Positions 36,908 to 45,147 of a stretch of DNA of 64,000 bases are shown piece after piece. The notes below the pieces were generated by a model. The model was given only the letters and a program-made list of their open reading frames with translations, did no database searches and was not told the origin of the DNA. Each line of letters begins with the position of its first letter. Within the stretch, counting starts at the first letter, position 1. This stretch comes from Chloroflexota bacterium. GTDB taxonomy: Bacteria; Chloroflexota; Limnocylindria; Limnocylindrales; CSP1-4. The translations under genes and the position numbers were made by a program. The DNA is taken from contig DAHXON010000001.1 of NCBI GenBank assembly GCA_027364875.1, positions 20,567-84,566 of the forward strand. The letters run 5' to 3'.

Positions 36908-37750
36908 TCAGGCGCTTCCGACCCTCGGACGGCCATGTGCGGGGCCTTCGCGATCTGCGGCCAGCGACTGTGCTTCTTCCTCCAGAGCGGCCATCTCCGC
37001 ACCGAGCTCGTCGGCGGGTATCTCCTCGGCCCCGTCTTCCGAGGGATCCGAGGATGGACTCGGGTCCACGTCGAGTCTGTAGCCGATGCCCATGTAGGTC
37101 TTGATGCGGCCCGGCTCGCCGGGCTTGGCGCCCAGCTTGCGACGGACCCGACTGACCCAGACCCGCAGGTATTGGGTGTCGTCGCGGTACTCGGGGCCCC
37201 AGACCTTGCTCAGCAGCTCCACGTGGAGGATCACCTTGCCCGCGTTTGCGGCAAGATGCTCCAGGAGATGCCATTCCGTCCGCGAGAACGAGACGTATTG
37301 CCCGCCCTTGGTGACGAGCCGGCGCTCCAGGTCGATCTCCACGTCGTCGAAGGCGACGATGCCACGGCCCGGCGCTGCGCCTGAAGTCCGGCGCAGTATC
37401 GCCCGCACACGGGGTCCCAGCTCGGCCGGATGGAATGGCTTGGCTATGTAGTCGTCCGCGCCGAGATCGAGGCCCTTGGCCTTGTCCGCGATCGAGCCCT
37501 TCGCGGTCAGCAGGACCACCGGCACGGGCCGGCGCTCCCGCAACTGCTGCATGACCTCGATGCCGTCGATGTCGGGCATCACGATGTCGAGCAGGACCAT
37601 GTCCGGCCGGTACTGCTCAGCTTTGCGCAGGGCCTCCTCGCCATTTCCGGCCGAGATGACTCGGAAGCCTTCTTCTTCGAGGGCCAGCGAGACGAGCTTG
37701 GTGATTCTCGGCTCGTCGTCGGCGATGAGAACGAGGGGCTTTGTACTCAA
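36908..37750 (-). CDS. OmpR/PhoB-family response regulator with an acidic ~55-aa C-terminal tail
   Basis: TTG start. REC domain VLIADDEPRI...DMVLLDIVMPDIDG. Winged helix LT.TEW.LLEHLA...VWVSRVRRKL...IKTYMGIGYRL. Tail is DPSPSSDPSEDGAEEIPADELGAEMAALEEEA. Confidence 0.88.
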   Translation of the reverse strand: MSTKPLVLIADDEPRITKLVSLALEEEGFRVISAGNGEEALRKAEQYRPDMVLLDIVMPDIDGIEVMQQLRERRPVPVVLLTAKGSIADKAKGLDLGADDYIAKPFHPAELGPRVRAILRRTSGAAPGRGIVAFDDVEIDLERRLVTKGGQYVSFSRTEWHLLEHLAANAGKVILHVELLSKVWGPEYRDDTQYLRVWVSRVRRKLGAKPGEPGRIKTYMGIGYRLDVDPSPSSDPSEDGAEEIPADELGAEMAALEEEAQSLAADREGPAHGRPRVGSA

Positions 37751-37917
37751 CTGATGAATCCCTCCTGGGGCCACAGGATCGCATCGTCGCGGGGGCTTGC
37801 GGCACCTGGTGCCAAACGTCTCATGGCGTGTTCCGCGCCGCTCCTGACGGGTAGTCGGAAATCCCCCACCGGTGGATGGGCGTCGCACGTAGCCGGACGA
37901 ACTGCGAGGACACTGAA

Positions 37918-39981
37918 ATGCCCGGCCGAAAGCCGCAAGGCCGCGGCCTCTGTCAATCCGGAGTATTCGGCTCAACAATTCCGGCGGAGGCCGCGTACGT
38001 GTCGTCGTCCCTTGCCGCGTCGCTTCAGCGCACCCGAATAAACCCCTCGCCAGCCGCGGGATTCATCTCCAGGATCATCGTCGGGGTGGTCACTATCGCG
38101 GCGGCTATCCTCGTTCGGATTCCGCTCGAGCCGATCCTCCAGGGTCGCAACACGTTCATCCTGCTGGAGCCCGCCATCGCGATCGCGGCCTGGTATGGCG
38201 GCCGGGTTTCGGGGACGACGGCGACGGTCGGCGGCATCTTTGCCAGCACCATCTTCTATGTCCAGCGGCCCGGACCTTTCGCCGCTCCGTCGCAGAACGA
38301 CTCGCTGTCACTGGCTCTCTTCGCCATCAACGGGTTCGTCCTGACGTTTCTGAGCGCCGGGCTCAAGAGCGCCTACCAGCATGCCACCGGCGCTCGTTTA
38401 CGCGCCGAGGAATCGGCGGCCAGGAGCGCCCGACTGCAAAGCATCTCCCTGGCGCTCAACCGCCCCATGTCCACCGCGCTGCTGGCCCAGACGGCCATAG
38501 AACAGTCTGTGGAGCTGCTCGGGGCGAGCGGCGGCCTGATGGCAGTCGGTCGGGTCGACGATGCGCGACTTCGGATCCTGTCCACCTACGGCTACATCGG
38601 CGGAATAGAGGGCATGCGCGACGTCACCAACTCCCCCGCGTCGCCGCTCGGCGAGGTCGTCCGCAGCCGTGAGCCGATCGTCCTGCGCGGCCGAATGGAG
38701 CGGATCGCCCGCTACCCCTCGTTTGCTGCCAGCTTCAAGTCCGAAGCGGACAGCATCGTCATTCCGCTCCTCTACCAGGGCACGGCCACCGGGGCGCTGT
38801 ATCTCAACTTCTCCGGGCCGTCTGGCTATGGCCCCGAGGACCGTGATTTCCTGCGCTCTATAGGCGCCCAATGTGGATCTGCTCTCGAGCGAGCGATCCT
38901 GATCGAACGCACCAACGTGATGGCGGCCGAGGAGCAAGCCCGGGCCGCCGAGTTGAGCACCGTCCTGGACGCCATCGGCGACGGCGTCCTCGTCGGCGAT
39001 TCCATGGGCGAGGTCATTCTGACCAACGCGGCCGCGGAGCGCCTCCTTGGCAGGACCCCGCGCACCCTCGCCGACCTGCCACCGCGCGCCGACGACGCAC
39101 CCGGCCACGCGGGAGCAGCCAACCGCTACCTCGTTCGCTCGCCGCTGCACAACCGGGGCTGGCTCGAGGTAGTGCGCTTTCCCGTAACCGCGACCGCGGC
39201 CAGCTCGGACGTGGTCCTGATCCGCGACGTCACTCGCCTGGTCGAGGCCGACCTCCAGCGCGACGCCTTCCTTGGGGTCCTGTCCCACGAGCTCAGAACG
39301 CCCGTGACGTCCATCCTCGTGGCCGTCGACCTGCTGCGCCGCGGCAACGGCACGGCCGGTGGGCGGCGGATGGAGCTCTTGGCCGACATAGACGCCGAGT
39401 CCGCCCGCCTGCGCAACATCGTCGAGGATCTGCTGGTGCTGACGCGATCCGAGCGCGGCGCCCTGGACGTGGCCGGCGAGCCGGTCCTTGTCCATCGCCT
39501 GGTCGGCGAGGTCGTGGACCGCGCCCGCAATGAGTCTCCGGACTCGTCGATCCTCTTCCACGCCGAACAGGACCTGCCGCCCGTCGAGGCCGAACCGACC
39601 TACGTGGAGCAGATCGCCCGGAATCTCGTCTCCAACGCGCTCAAGTACGGTGTCGCCTGCGGGAAGCCGATCGAGGTGTCGATACGGACGCGCGGCGACT
39701 GGGTCGAGACGCTGGTTCTCGACCGCGGCGTGGGGTTCGCGCCCGGAGAGGCGGACAGGCTGTTCACTCTCTTCTATCGCAACCCCAAAGTGGTCCGCAG
39801 CGCGCCCGGCGCCGGCATCGGCCTTTACGTTTGCCGCCTGCTTGCCGAAGCGATGGGGGGCCTGGCGTGGGCACGGCCGCGAGAAGGGGGCGGCGCCGAG
39901 TTCGGCTTCTCGCTGCCGGTTATCGGCGACGTCGAGAGCCGGCCAGGTGTCGTTGCCTCCGGGCGCTTCAGGTCCGCGTAG
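37918..39981 (+). CDS. Sensor histidine kinase with DUF4118 (KdpD-like) membrane module, GAF and PAS domains
   Basis: DUF4118-like RIPLEPILQGRNTFILLEPAIAIAAWYGG. H-box FLGVLSHELRTP. HATPase boxes NLVSNALKYG, DRGVGF, GAGIGLYVCR. Start uncertain (37876 or 37918). Confidence 0.85.
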   Translation: MPGRKPQGRGLCQSGVFGSTIPAEAAYVSSSLAASLQRTRINPSPAAGFISRIIVGVVTIAAAILVRIPLEPILQGRNTFILLEPAIAIAAWYGGRVSGTTATVGGIFASTIFYVQRPGPFAAPSQNDSLSLALFAINGFVLTFLSAGLKSAYQHATGARLRAEESAARSARLQSISLALNRPMSTALLAQTAIEQSVELLGASGGLMAVGRVDDARLRILSTYGYIGGIEGMRDVTNSPASPLGEVVRSREPIVLRGRMERIARYPSFAASFKSEADSIVIPLLYQGTATGALYLNFSGPSGYGPEDRDFLRSIGAQCGSALERAILIERTNVMAAEEQARAAELSTVLDAIGDGVLVGDSMGEVILTNAAAERLLGRTPRTLADLPPRADDAPGHAGAANRYLVRSPLHNRGWLEVVRFPVTATAASSDVVLIRDVTRLVEADLQRDAFLGVLSHELRTPVTSILVAVDLLRRGNGTAGGRRMELLADIDAESARLRNIVEDLLVLTRSERGALDVAGEPVLVHRLVGEVVDRARNESPDSSILFHAEQDLPPVEAEPTYVEQIARNLVSNALKYGVACGKPIEVSIRTRGDWVETLVLDRGVGFAPGEADRLFTLFYRNPKVVRSAPGAGIGLYVCRLLAEAMGGLAWARPREGGGAEFGFSLPVIGDVESRPGVVASGRFRSA

Positions 39982-40112
39982 CCGAGCCGCTAGAGATTCG
40001 AAGTCGCAAGAGGTCTGCAACGGCGCCCGCCGGGACGTTCGCTCGACTGCATCCCGAACTGACCGAGGGTAGGGTCAGTTGCCAGGAACTGGCGGCCAAT
40101 GGAGGTTTTGAC

Positions 40113-40466
40113 ATGAACGACCGTCCCATAATGGTCGACCCCGTCGATGGGCGGCTGGAGCCTGCCGGCTCGCGCCTCGGGGATTTCCTTATCCGCCTGG
40201 CCATGCTGCTCTTCGGAATCCTGCAGGTGGCGCTGCTCCTGCGGATCGCCTTCCTCCTGCTCGGCGCCGACCAGGCGAACGTGATCGTGCGCGACGTGAT
40301 AAACGGCACGAACGTCTTCGTGGATCCGTTCAGGGGCATGTTCAAGCTCAACGATGTGCCCACTGCGCCCGGCTCGTTCCTGGACGTGGCCGCGGTGATA
40401 GCGCTGATCGGCTGGTCGATCGTGGAGGCCATCGTCGTCGCGATCCTCGGCCTGTTCGATCGCTGA
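40113..40466 (+). CDS. YggT-family membrane protein (paralog 1)
   Basis: GGAGG RBS. LLLRIAFLLLGADQAN...VDPFRGMF...FLDVAAVIALIGW fits the YGGT repeat pattern. Confidence 0.65.
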   Translation: MNDRPIMVDPVDGRLEPAGSRLGDFLIRLAMLLFGILQVALLLRIAFLLLGADQANVIVRDVINGTNVFVDPFRGMFKLNDVPTAPGSFLDVAAVIALIGWSIVEAIVVAILGLFDR

Positions 40467-40477
40467 CGAGGTCCACG

Positions 40478-40681
40478 ATGCCGCGCAACTCATGGTCATC
40501 CAAACGGGACCGCCAGTACGAGGACATCAAGGAGAGCGAACTCGAACAGGGTCGCTCCACGGACCGGGCGGAGGAGATAGCGGCTCGGACCGTCAACAAA
40601 CAGCGCCGCGAAGCCGGCGAGACGACTCAGGACCGATCGGATAGCGGATCCCGAGCCCGCAAGACCGGCCGTGACACGTAG
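40478..40681 (+). CDS. Small highly charged hydrophilic protein (hypothetical)
   Basis: 67 aa, rich in R/E/D/K/S (KRDRQYEDIKESELEQGRSTDRAEEIAARTVNKQRREAGE). 11 nt after the yggT-like gene. Confidence 0.45.
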   Translation: MPRNSWSSKRDRQYEDIKESELEQGRSTDRAEEIAARTVNKQRREAGETTQDRSDSGSRARKTGRDT

Positions 40682-40718
40682 AGGCCGCCTCTAAACCCCG
40701 CCCGATTTCGACGAGCAG

Positions 40719-40746
40719 GCCGGCCGGCGAAAGCTGGCCGGCTTTG
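40719..40746 (+). terminator. Possible weak intrinsic terminator
   Basis: GCCGGCC (40719-40725) / GGCCGGC (40736-40742), 10-nt loop, then TTTG. Confidence 0.35.
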
Positions 40747-40947
40747 CGTATGCGGAAGCACGCGAGCTCTCTTGCGCACCCGGAAGGCCTAGCACTGCTG
40801 CTACTTTCGGGCCATCTGAGGGGAGCCCATTCGGCCGATGCCTTCTCTGACGAGCCGATCGGGTCGGGCGACGCCCTGATCCGGCGCGGGCCGGCGTCGC
40901 CGTGTCGAACGACGGTCCGACGGGCTTGCGGCTGCCAAGAGGGCGGA

Positions 40948-41985
40948 ATGGACAGAACCAACTATCCGACGATGGCCGAGATAGCCTCTGCGACGGGCGC
41001 GGCGATCCCCGACGTCGCCCTGGCGCTCTCGGGCGATGCCAGCCAGGACCCGGGCCTGCGGGCCAGGATCTCCGAGACCGCTCACGAGGCCGGCTACACG
41101 GCTCTTGCCTCGGTCCAGGAGCGCCTCGGACGGCCCCTTCGAGTCGTGCTTCTGTTCAAGACGTTCCCGCGCGACGACCCGGAGGCGAATCGCTTCTACG
41201 CGCCGATCTCGTCGGCGATCACCATCGCGTGCTCCAAGACCGGCGTCTCGGTGGATCACGCGATGATGAAGGTGGACGCGCAGTACCGGCTCCTCGACGT
41301 CCCCGCGCCATTGGCGAGCGACAGGTACGACGGAGCCTTCCTGTTCGGAGCCCAGCTCGACACCGCCGCGGTCGAACGGGTTCGAGCCAACGGCTGCCCG
41401 ATCGTTCTGATCGACGGCTACTCCGAAGCCAACGTCTGCGACTCCGTCTGGACCGACAACGCCCACGGCGCCGCGCTTCTCGTGGAGCGGCTTCTGGCCG
41501 CGGGCCACAGGGACATCGCCTTGCTCGGCTCCGAGCCCGTCTGCTATCCGAGCGTGCAGGAGCGCCGCCGCGGCTACTCCGAGGCGATTCGGGCCCACGG
41601 TCTCGAGGAGCATTTCATCGACGTCAGCTACGTTCTGACAGCGGCCGGCGCGGTCCTGGGCGTGGACTACGTCAGGCGCCATCCCGAGGTGACCGCCGTC
41701 TTCGGTGCCAACGACCTGATCACCGCCGCGTTCATGGAGCAGGCTCGCGACGCCGGACTCCGGCTGCCGTCCGACCTCTCGACCGTGGGGTTCGACGACA
41801 TCGATCTCGCCGGGCTGATAATGCCGGCCCTCACCACCATGGGGGTGGACAAGACCCAGATGGCGCGCGCGGCGATCGCTCTCATGGCCTACCGGCTCGA
41901 GCTGCCACAAGGCGAACCGCTTCAGTCCGTCGTGTCCCCGCAGCTCGTCGAGCGCGAGAGCATCGCACCGCCTCGGCCGCGCTGA
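40948..41985 (+). CDS. LacI-family transcriptional regulator
   Basis: N-terminal HTH-like PTMAEIASATGAAIPDVALAL. Periplasmic-binding-fold core with GFDDIDLAGLIMPALTTM. Confidence 0.8.
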   Translation: MDRTNYPTMAEIASATGAAIPDVALALSGDASQDPGLRARISETAHEAGYTALASVQERLGRPLRVVLLFKTFPRDDPEANRFYAPISSAITIACSKTGVSVDHAMMKVDAQYRLLDVPAPLASDRYDGAFLFGAQLDTAAVERVRANGCPIVLIDGYSEANVCDSVWTDNAHGAALLVERLLAAGHRDIALLGSEPVCYPSVQERRRGYSEAIRAHGLEEHFIDVSYVLTAAGAVLGVDYVRRHPEVTAVFGANDLITAAFMEQARDAGLRLPSDLSTVGFDDIDLAGLIMPALTTMGVDKTQMARAAIALMAYRLELPQGEPLQSVVSPQLVERESIAPPRPR

Positions 41986-42036
41986 CCCCGTCGGCCGGCG
42001 AGCCGCATCGTCAACGGGCTTCGCGTTAGGACGTCG

Positions 42037-42873
42037 TCAGCTTTTCGAAGCGTCGGCGTTCAGGACCGCCGCCGTCTCCACGAGGGTGCGGAAGCGGGAG
42101 ATGAAGCGGGCCAGGGGCGCGCCGTTGACGACGTCGTGGTCCACGCTGACGGTCAGGCAGACCAGCTCGCGAGGCTCGATCTTGCCGCCGGCTCCGATGC
42201 CGGGCCGCCGACCGATGCCGCCCACGGTCAATCCGATCGAATGGCTGATGAACGGGACGCCCCAGCCGGTGCCGCGTCCGAACATGCTCACGGCCGTTAC
42301 CGCGGCGGTTCCCGTGTAGAGGCGACGCCATTGCGGGTTGGCGAGGAGCCTCCGGATCGCGAACCGACGGACCGCCGCCGGCAGCAGGAACCAGAGCGGG
42401 GCAAACCTCATGGCCCGCGCGTAGGGCCGTCGCTCCGTCCTCGCCAGTGCTATCTCCCGGTCGATCACCTCGGGTGGCTTACGGTTTGCCCGCCGGATGA
42501 TGTGCGGCACCGGTACGAGCTCCCCGTCGAGCTCGTGCTCCACGAGCACGGTCATGTCGACGTCCTCGAACACGACCACGCGGCCGCGACCCTTCCGGAA
42601 TGCCTGTACCGATGGATCGGCGGCGATCGCTCGGGCAAACGAGGCCACGATGACCGAGGTGAAGGACAGGGGCTTGCCGCTCGCACGACGCCGCTCGTGG
42701 ATGGCTTTGCGCGTTGCCGTCACGTCGAGCTCCACGAGCCCGTGGATGGCGTGGGTGCGCGACATCACTTCGTTCCAGTCCACTCCCTGGCGCTGGGCAG
42801 CCACGTACGGCAGCGTGCGGAAGCCGCGGATCGCGCCGCCCTTCGGAGCGGTCTCGTCAGGCATGGATGGCAT
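42037..42873 (-). CDS. Stand-alone 2-oxoacid dehydrogenase acyltransferase (E2) catalytic-domain-like protein
   Basis: C-terminal LTVSVDHDVVNGAPLARF corresponds to the DH(R)xxDG active-site motif. No lipoyl or E3-binding domains. 17-nt overlap with the upstream PPOX gene. Confidence 0.6.
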   Translation of the reverse strand: MPSMPDETAPKGGAIRGFRTLPYVAAQRQGVDWNEVMSRTHAIHGLVELDVTATRKAIHERRRASGKPLSFTSVIVASFARAIAADPSVQAFRKGRGRVVVFEDVDMTVLVEHELDGELVPVPHIIRRANRKPPEVIDREIALARTERRPYARAMRFAPLWFLLPAAVRRFAIRRLLANPQWRRLYTGTAAVTAVSMFGRGTGWGVPFISHSIGLTVGGIGRRPGIGAGGKIEPRELVCLTVSVDHDVVNGAPLARFISRFRTLVETAAVLNADASKS

Positions 42874-43285
42874 CGAGCGTGATCCGCGAGGCGTGGATCC
42901 GGACGATCACGCGCGTCTCACGGCTCCGCTGCTCTTCGGGGTAGACGTGGCCGTAGTAGCAGGGATGGCTGGTGTACCTGCGCGTGAGCCCGTCGAGGTG
43001 CTCCGCCGCTCCCTCCGAGGTCAGCTCGGCCGTGCCCCGGATCTGGATGAAGCGGCCCGTGTTCGCCGGATCGACCACGAGCAGGCTGACCTTCGGGTTG
43101 GCCAGCATGTTCCGGCCCTTCTGCCGCTCCAGCGTGGTGTTGACGAGAGCGCACTCGCCGTCGAAGTCGACCCAGACCAGGCTCGACTGCGGCTGGCCGT
43201 CCGGCATCATCGTGGTCAGCACGCCGTGGGCGGTTCCGGTCAGCAGATGACGGTGGGATTCCGGCACGACCGCACTGTCGGTCAT
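42857..43285 (-). CDS. Pyridoxamine 5'-phosphate oxidase-fold protein (PPOX class, probable F420/FMN-dependent), copy 1
   Basis: GVLTTMMPDGQPQSSLVWVDFDGECALVNTTLERQKGRNMLANPKVSLLVVDP. Confidence 0.75.
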   Translation of the reverse strand: MTDSAVVPESHRHLLTGTAHGVLTTMMPDGQPQSSLVWVDFDGECALVNTTLERQKGRNMLANPKVSLLVVDPANTGRFIQIRGTAELTSEGAAEHLDGLTRRYTSHPCYYGHVYPEEQRSRETRVIVRIHASRITLDAIHA

Positions 43286-43734
43286 CGCGCTTCCTCGCAG
43301 TCCAGAACCACGACTCGGGTGGGCCTGATGCGGCAGAGCACGGGCGTCTCCGTGGCTCGGAACTCCTCGGGGATGCAGCGGCCGAAGTACGGCGCGAGTC
43401 CGGTGTACTTGAGCGACAGGCCGTCCAGGTGTTCCAGCGCCCCCTCTTCGGTCATCTCCTGCACCACACCCCGAATCTCGAGGGATCGGAGAGGCCGCGC
43501 CGGGTCGAAGCAGAGCAGCGTCACCCGCGGATTCGCCCGCATGTTCTTCTCTTTGCGAAAGCCCCGCATGGTGTTGACCCGGACGAAGGTGCCGTCGAAA
43601 TCGCACCAGACCACAGACGTCTGCGGGGAGCCGTCGGGCATGATCGTCGTGAGGGCCGCTACCGTCGGGCACTCCACGAGATCCAGAAAGGCGCTGGGGA
43701 TGCTCGCCGGCTCGCCGGCCGCGCGGATGTCCAC
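43282..43734 (-). CDS. PPOX-fold protein, copy 2
   Basis: AALTTIMPDGSPQTSVVWCDFDGTFVRVNTMRGFRKEKNMRANPRVTLLCFDP. ATGA overlap with copy 1. Start uncertain (GTG 43734 or ATG 43854). Confidence 0.7.
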   Translation of the reverse strand: MDIRAAGEPASIPSAFLDLVECPTVAALTTIMPDGSPQTSVVWCDFDGTFVRVNTMRGFRKEKNMRANPRVTLLCFDPARPLRSLEIRGVVQEMTEEGALEHLDGLSLKYTGLAPYFGRCIPEEFRATETPVLCRIRPTRVVVLDCEEAR

Positions 43735-43924
43735 GTCACGACCTCCGTCGTCTGAATCGGCTCGGTGACGGCCGAACCGACGCTGGCGATCGGGAGTGTA
43801 CCAGCGCCCGATCCGATGCCGAATGCCCCGCGCTCGGGTATCAGTGCTCCCCACCAGAGCGGCCCGGATTGCCTATAGTGCGGGAGCGGCACTCGCCGGC
43901 CGGACGGCCGTTCTGGAGGTGAAG

Positions 43925-44464
43925 GTGGAACCGACGACAACTGGCGACGAGAGCACTCCCGCGATCCGAGCCTGCACCGAGGACGACCTCCCGGCGGTCC
44001 AGCGGATCTATTCGCACTACGTGTTGCACGGCACCGCGACCTTCGAGACGCTGCCGCCAAATCTGGGCGATTGGCAGCGGAAGCTCGCCGAGATCGAGGA
44101 GGTCGGCCTGCCGTTCCTGGTCGCCACGATCGCCGGCGAGGTCGCCGGCTACGCCTTCTGCTCGCGCTGGCGGCCGCGTCCGGCCTACCGGTTCACGGTC
44201 GAGGATTCGATCTACGTTGCGCCGGAGCGGGTCGGCCAGGGCATCGGCAGCAAGCTGCTGCCGGCTCTGCTGGCCGAATGCGAGGCCATCGGGGCGCGTC
44301 AGGTGATCGCCGTCATCGCCGTCGGCGACATTACTCCGTCACTCGGGCTGCACGCCCGGTTCGGCTTTCGTGAGGTCGGCCGGCTGACGTCGGTCGGCTA
44401 CAAGTTCGATCGCTGGCTCGATACGGTTCTCATGCAGAAGGCGATCGGCCGCGGAGCGAGCTGA
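43925..44464 (+). CDS. GNAT N-acetyltransferase (phosphinothricin acetyltransferase-like)
   Basis: IRACTEDDLPAVQRIYSHYVLHGTATFE...YVAPERVGQGIGSKLL...GFREVG...KFDRWLDTVLMQ. Confidence 0.75.
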   Translation: MEPTTTGDESTPAIRACTEDDLPAVQRIYSHYVLHGTATFETLPPNLGDWQRKLAEIEEVGLPFLVATIAGEVAGYAFCSRWRPRPAYRFTVEDSIYVAPERVGQGIGSKLLPALLAECEAIGARQVIAVIAVGDITPSLGLHARFGFREVGRLTSVGYKFDRWLDTVLMQKAIGRGAS

Positions 44465-44640
44465 GGGCGCGCGCTGCTGGCCCGAGTTGAGAGCCGGGCC
44501 CGGCGGCCGAGCGGCATGGCGCCCTCGCCACGGCCCCACTGTGCGGACCCGGAGTTCCGTCAAGGGGTACGTCGTGGGTCCTCCGCTGACCGGACCGACT
44601 CACCGGCCTATCCTGCCGCCTCCACATTGAAGGAGGCGAA

Positions 44641-45075
44641 ATGGCCTTCGAATCTCGACGGGACGTCGCCGTCAGGCACGGTCCGAGCGCCACTACTTCT
44701 CTGCGACGCGTTGCCGCGCTCGTTTTCGCCATCGTCCAGGGCCTCATCGGGCTGCGCATCGTGCTGCTCCTCCTGGACGCCAGGCAGACGAACGGCCTCG
44801 TCCACACCATCATCAACGCGAGCCAGGTGTTCGTTCAGCCCTTCGAAGGGATCCTCCGGGAGAACGTGATCAACTTCAACGGCCCGGCCCTCGACGCCGC
44901 CGCGACTCTGGCCCTTGTCTGCTGGACGATTCTCGAAGTGCTGGTGATCGCGGCCCTCGGCGTGTTTCGGACCCAGTCGCGACCCGGGTCCCAGCCGGCT
45001 AGCCTGCCGGGCCCTGGAAATGCGCCTGCATCGGAGACGCCGGGCCCAACCGTAAATCGACCCGACGGGGCATAG
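44641..45075 (+). CDS. YggT-family membrane protein (paralog 2) with a Pro-rich tail
   Basis: AAGGAGG RBS. IGLRIVLLLLDARQTN...VQPFEGIL...ALDAAATLALVCW parallels the protein at 40113-40466. Confidence 0.65.
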   Translation: MAFESRRDVAVRHGPSATTSLRRVAALVFAIVQGLIGLRIVLLLLDARQTNGLVHTIINASQVFVQPFEGILRENVINFNGPALDAAATLALVCWTILEVLVIAALGVFRTQSRPGSQPASLPGPGNAPASETPGPTVNRPDGA

Positions 45076-45147
45076 ATCCGGGGCGATGCGCAGCTACCGG
45101 GGCTTCGCTGCGGTCGAGCTGCCCCGTTCCGGGATCGCCGCTATTTC

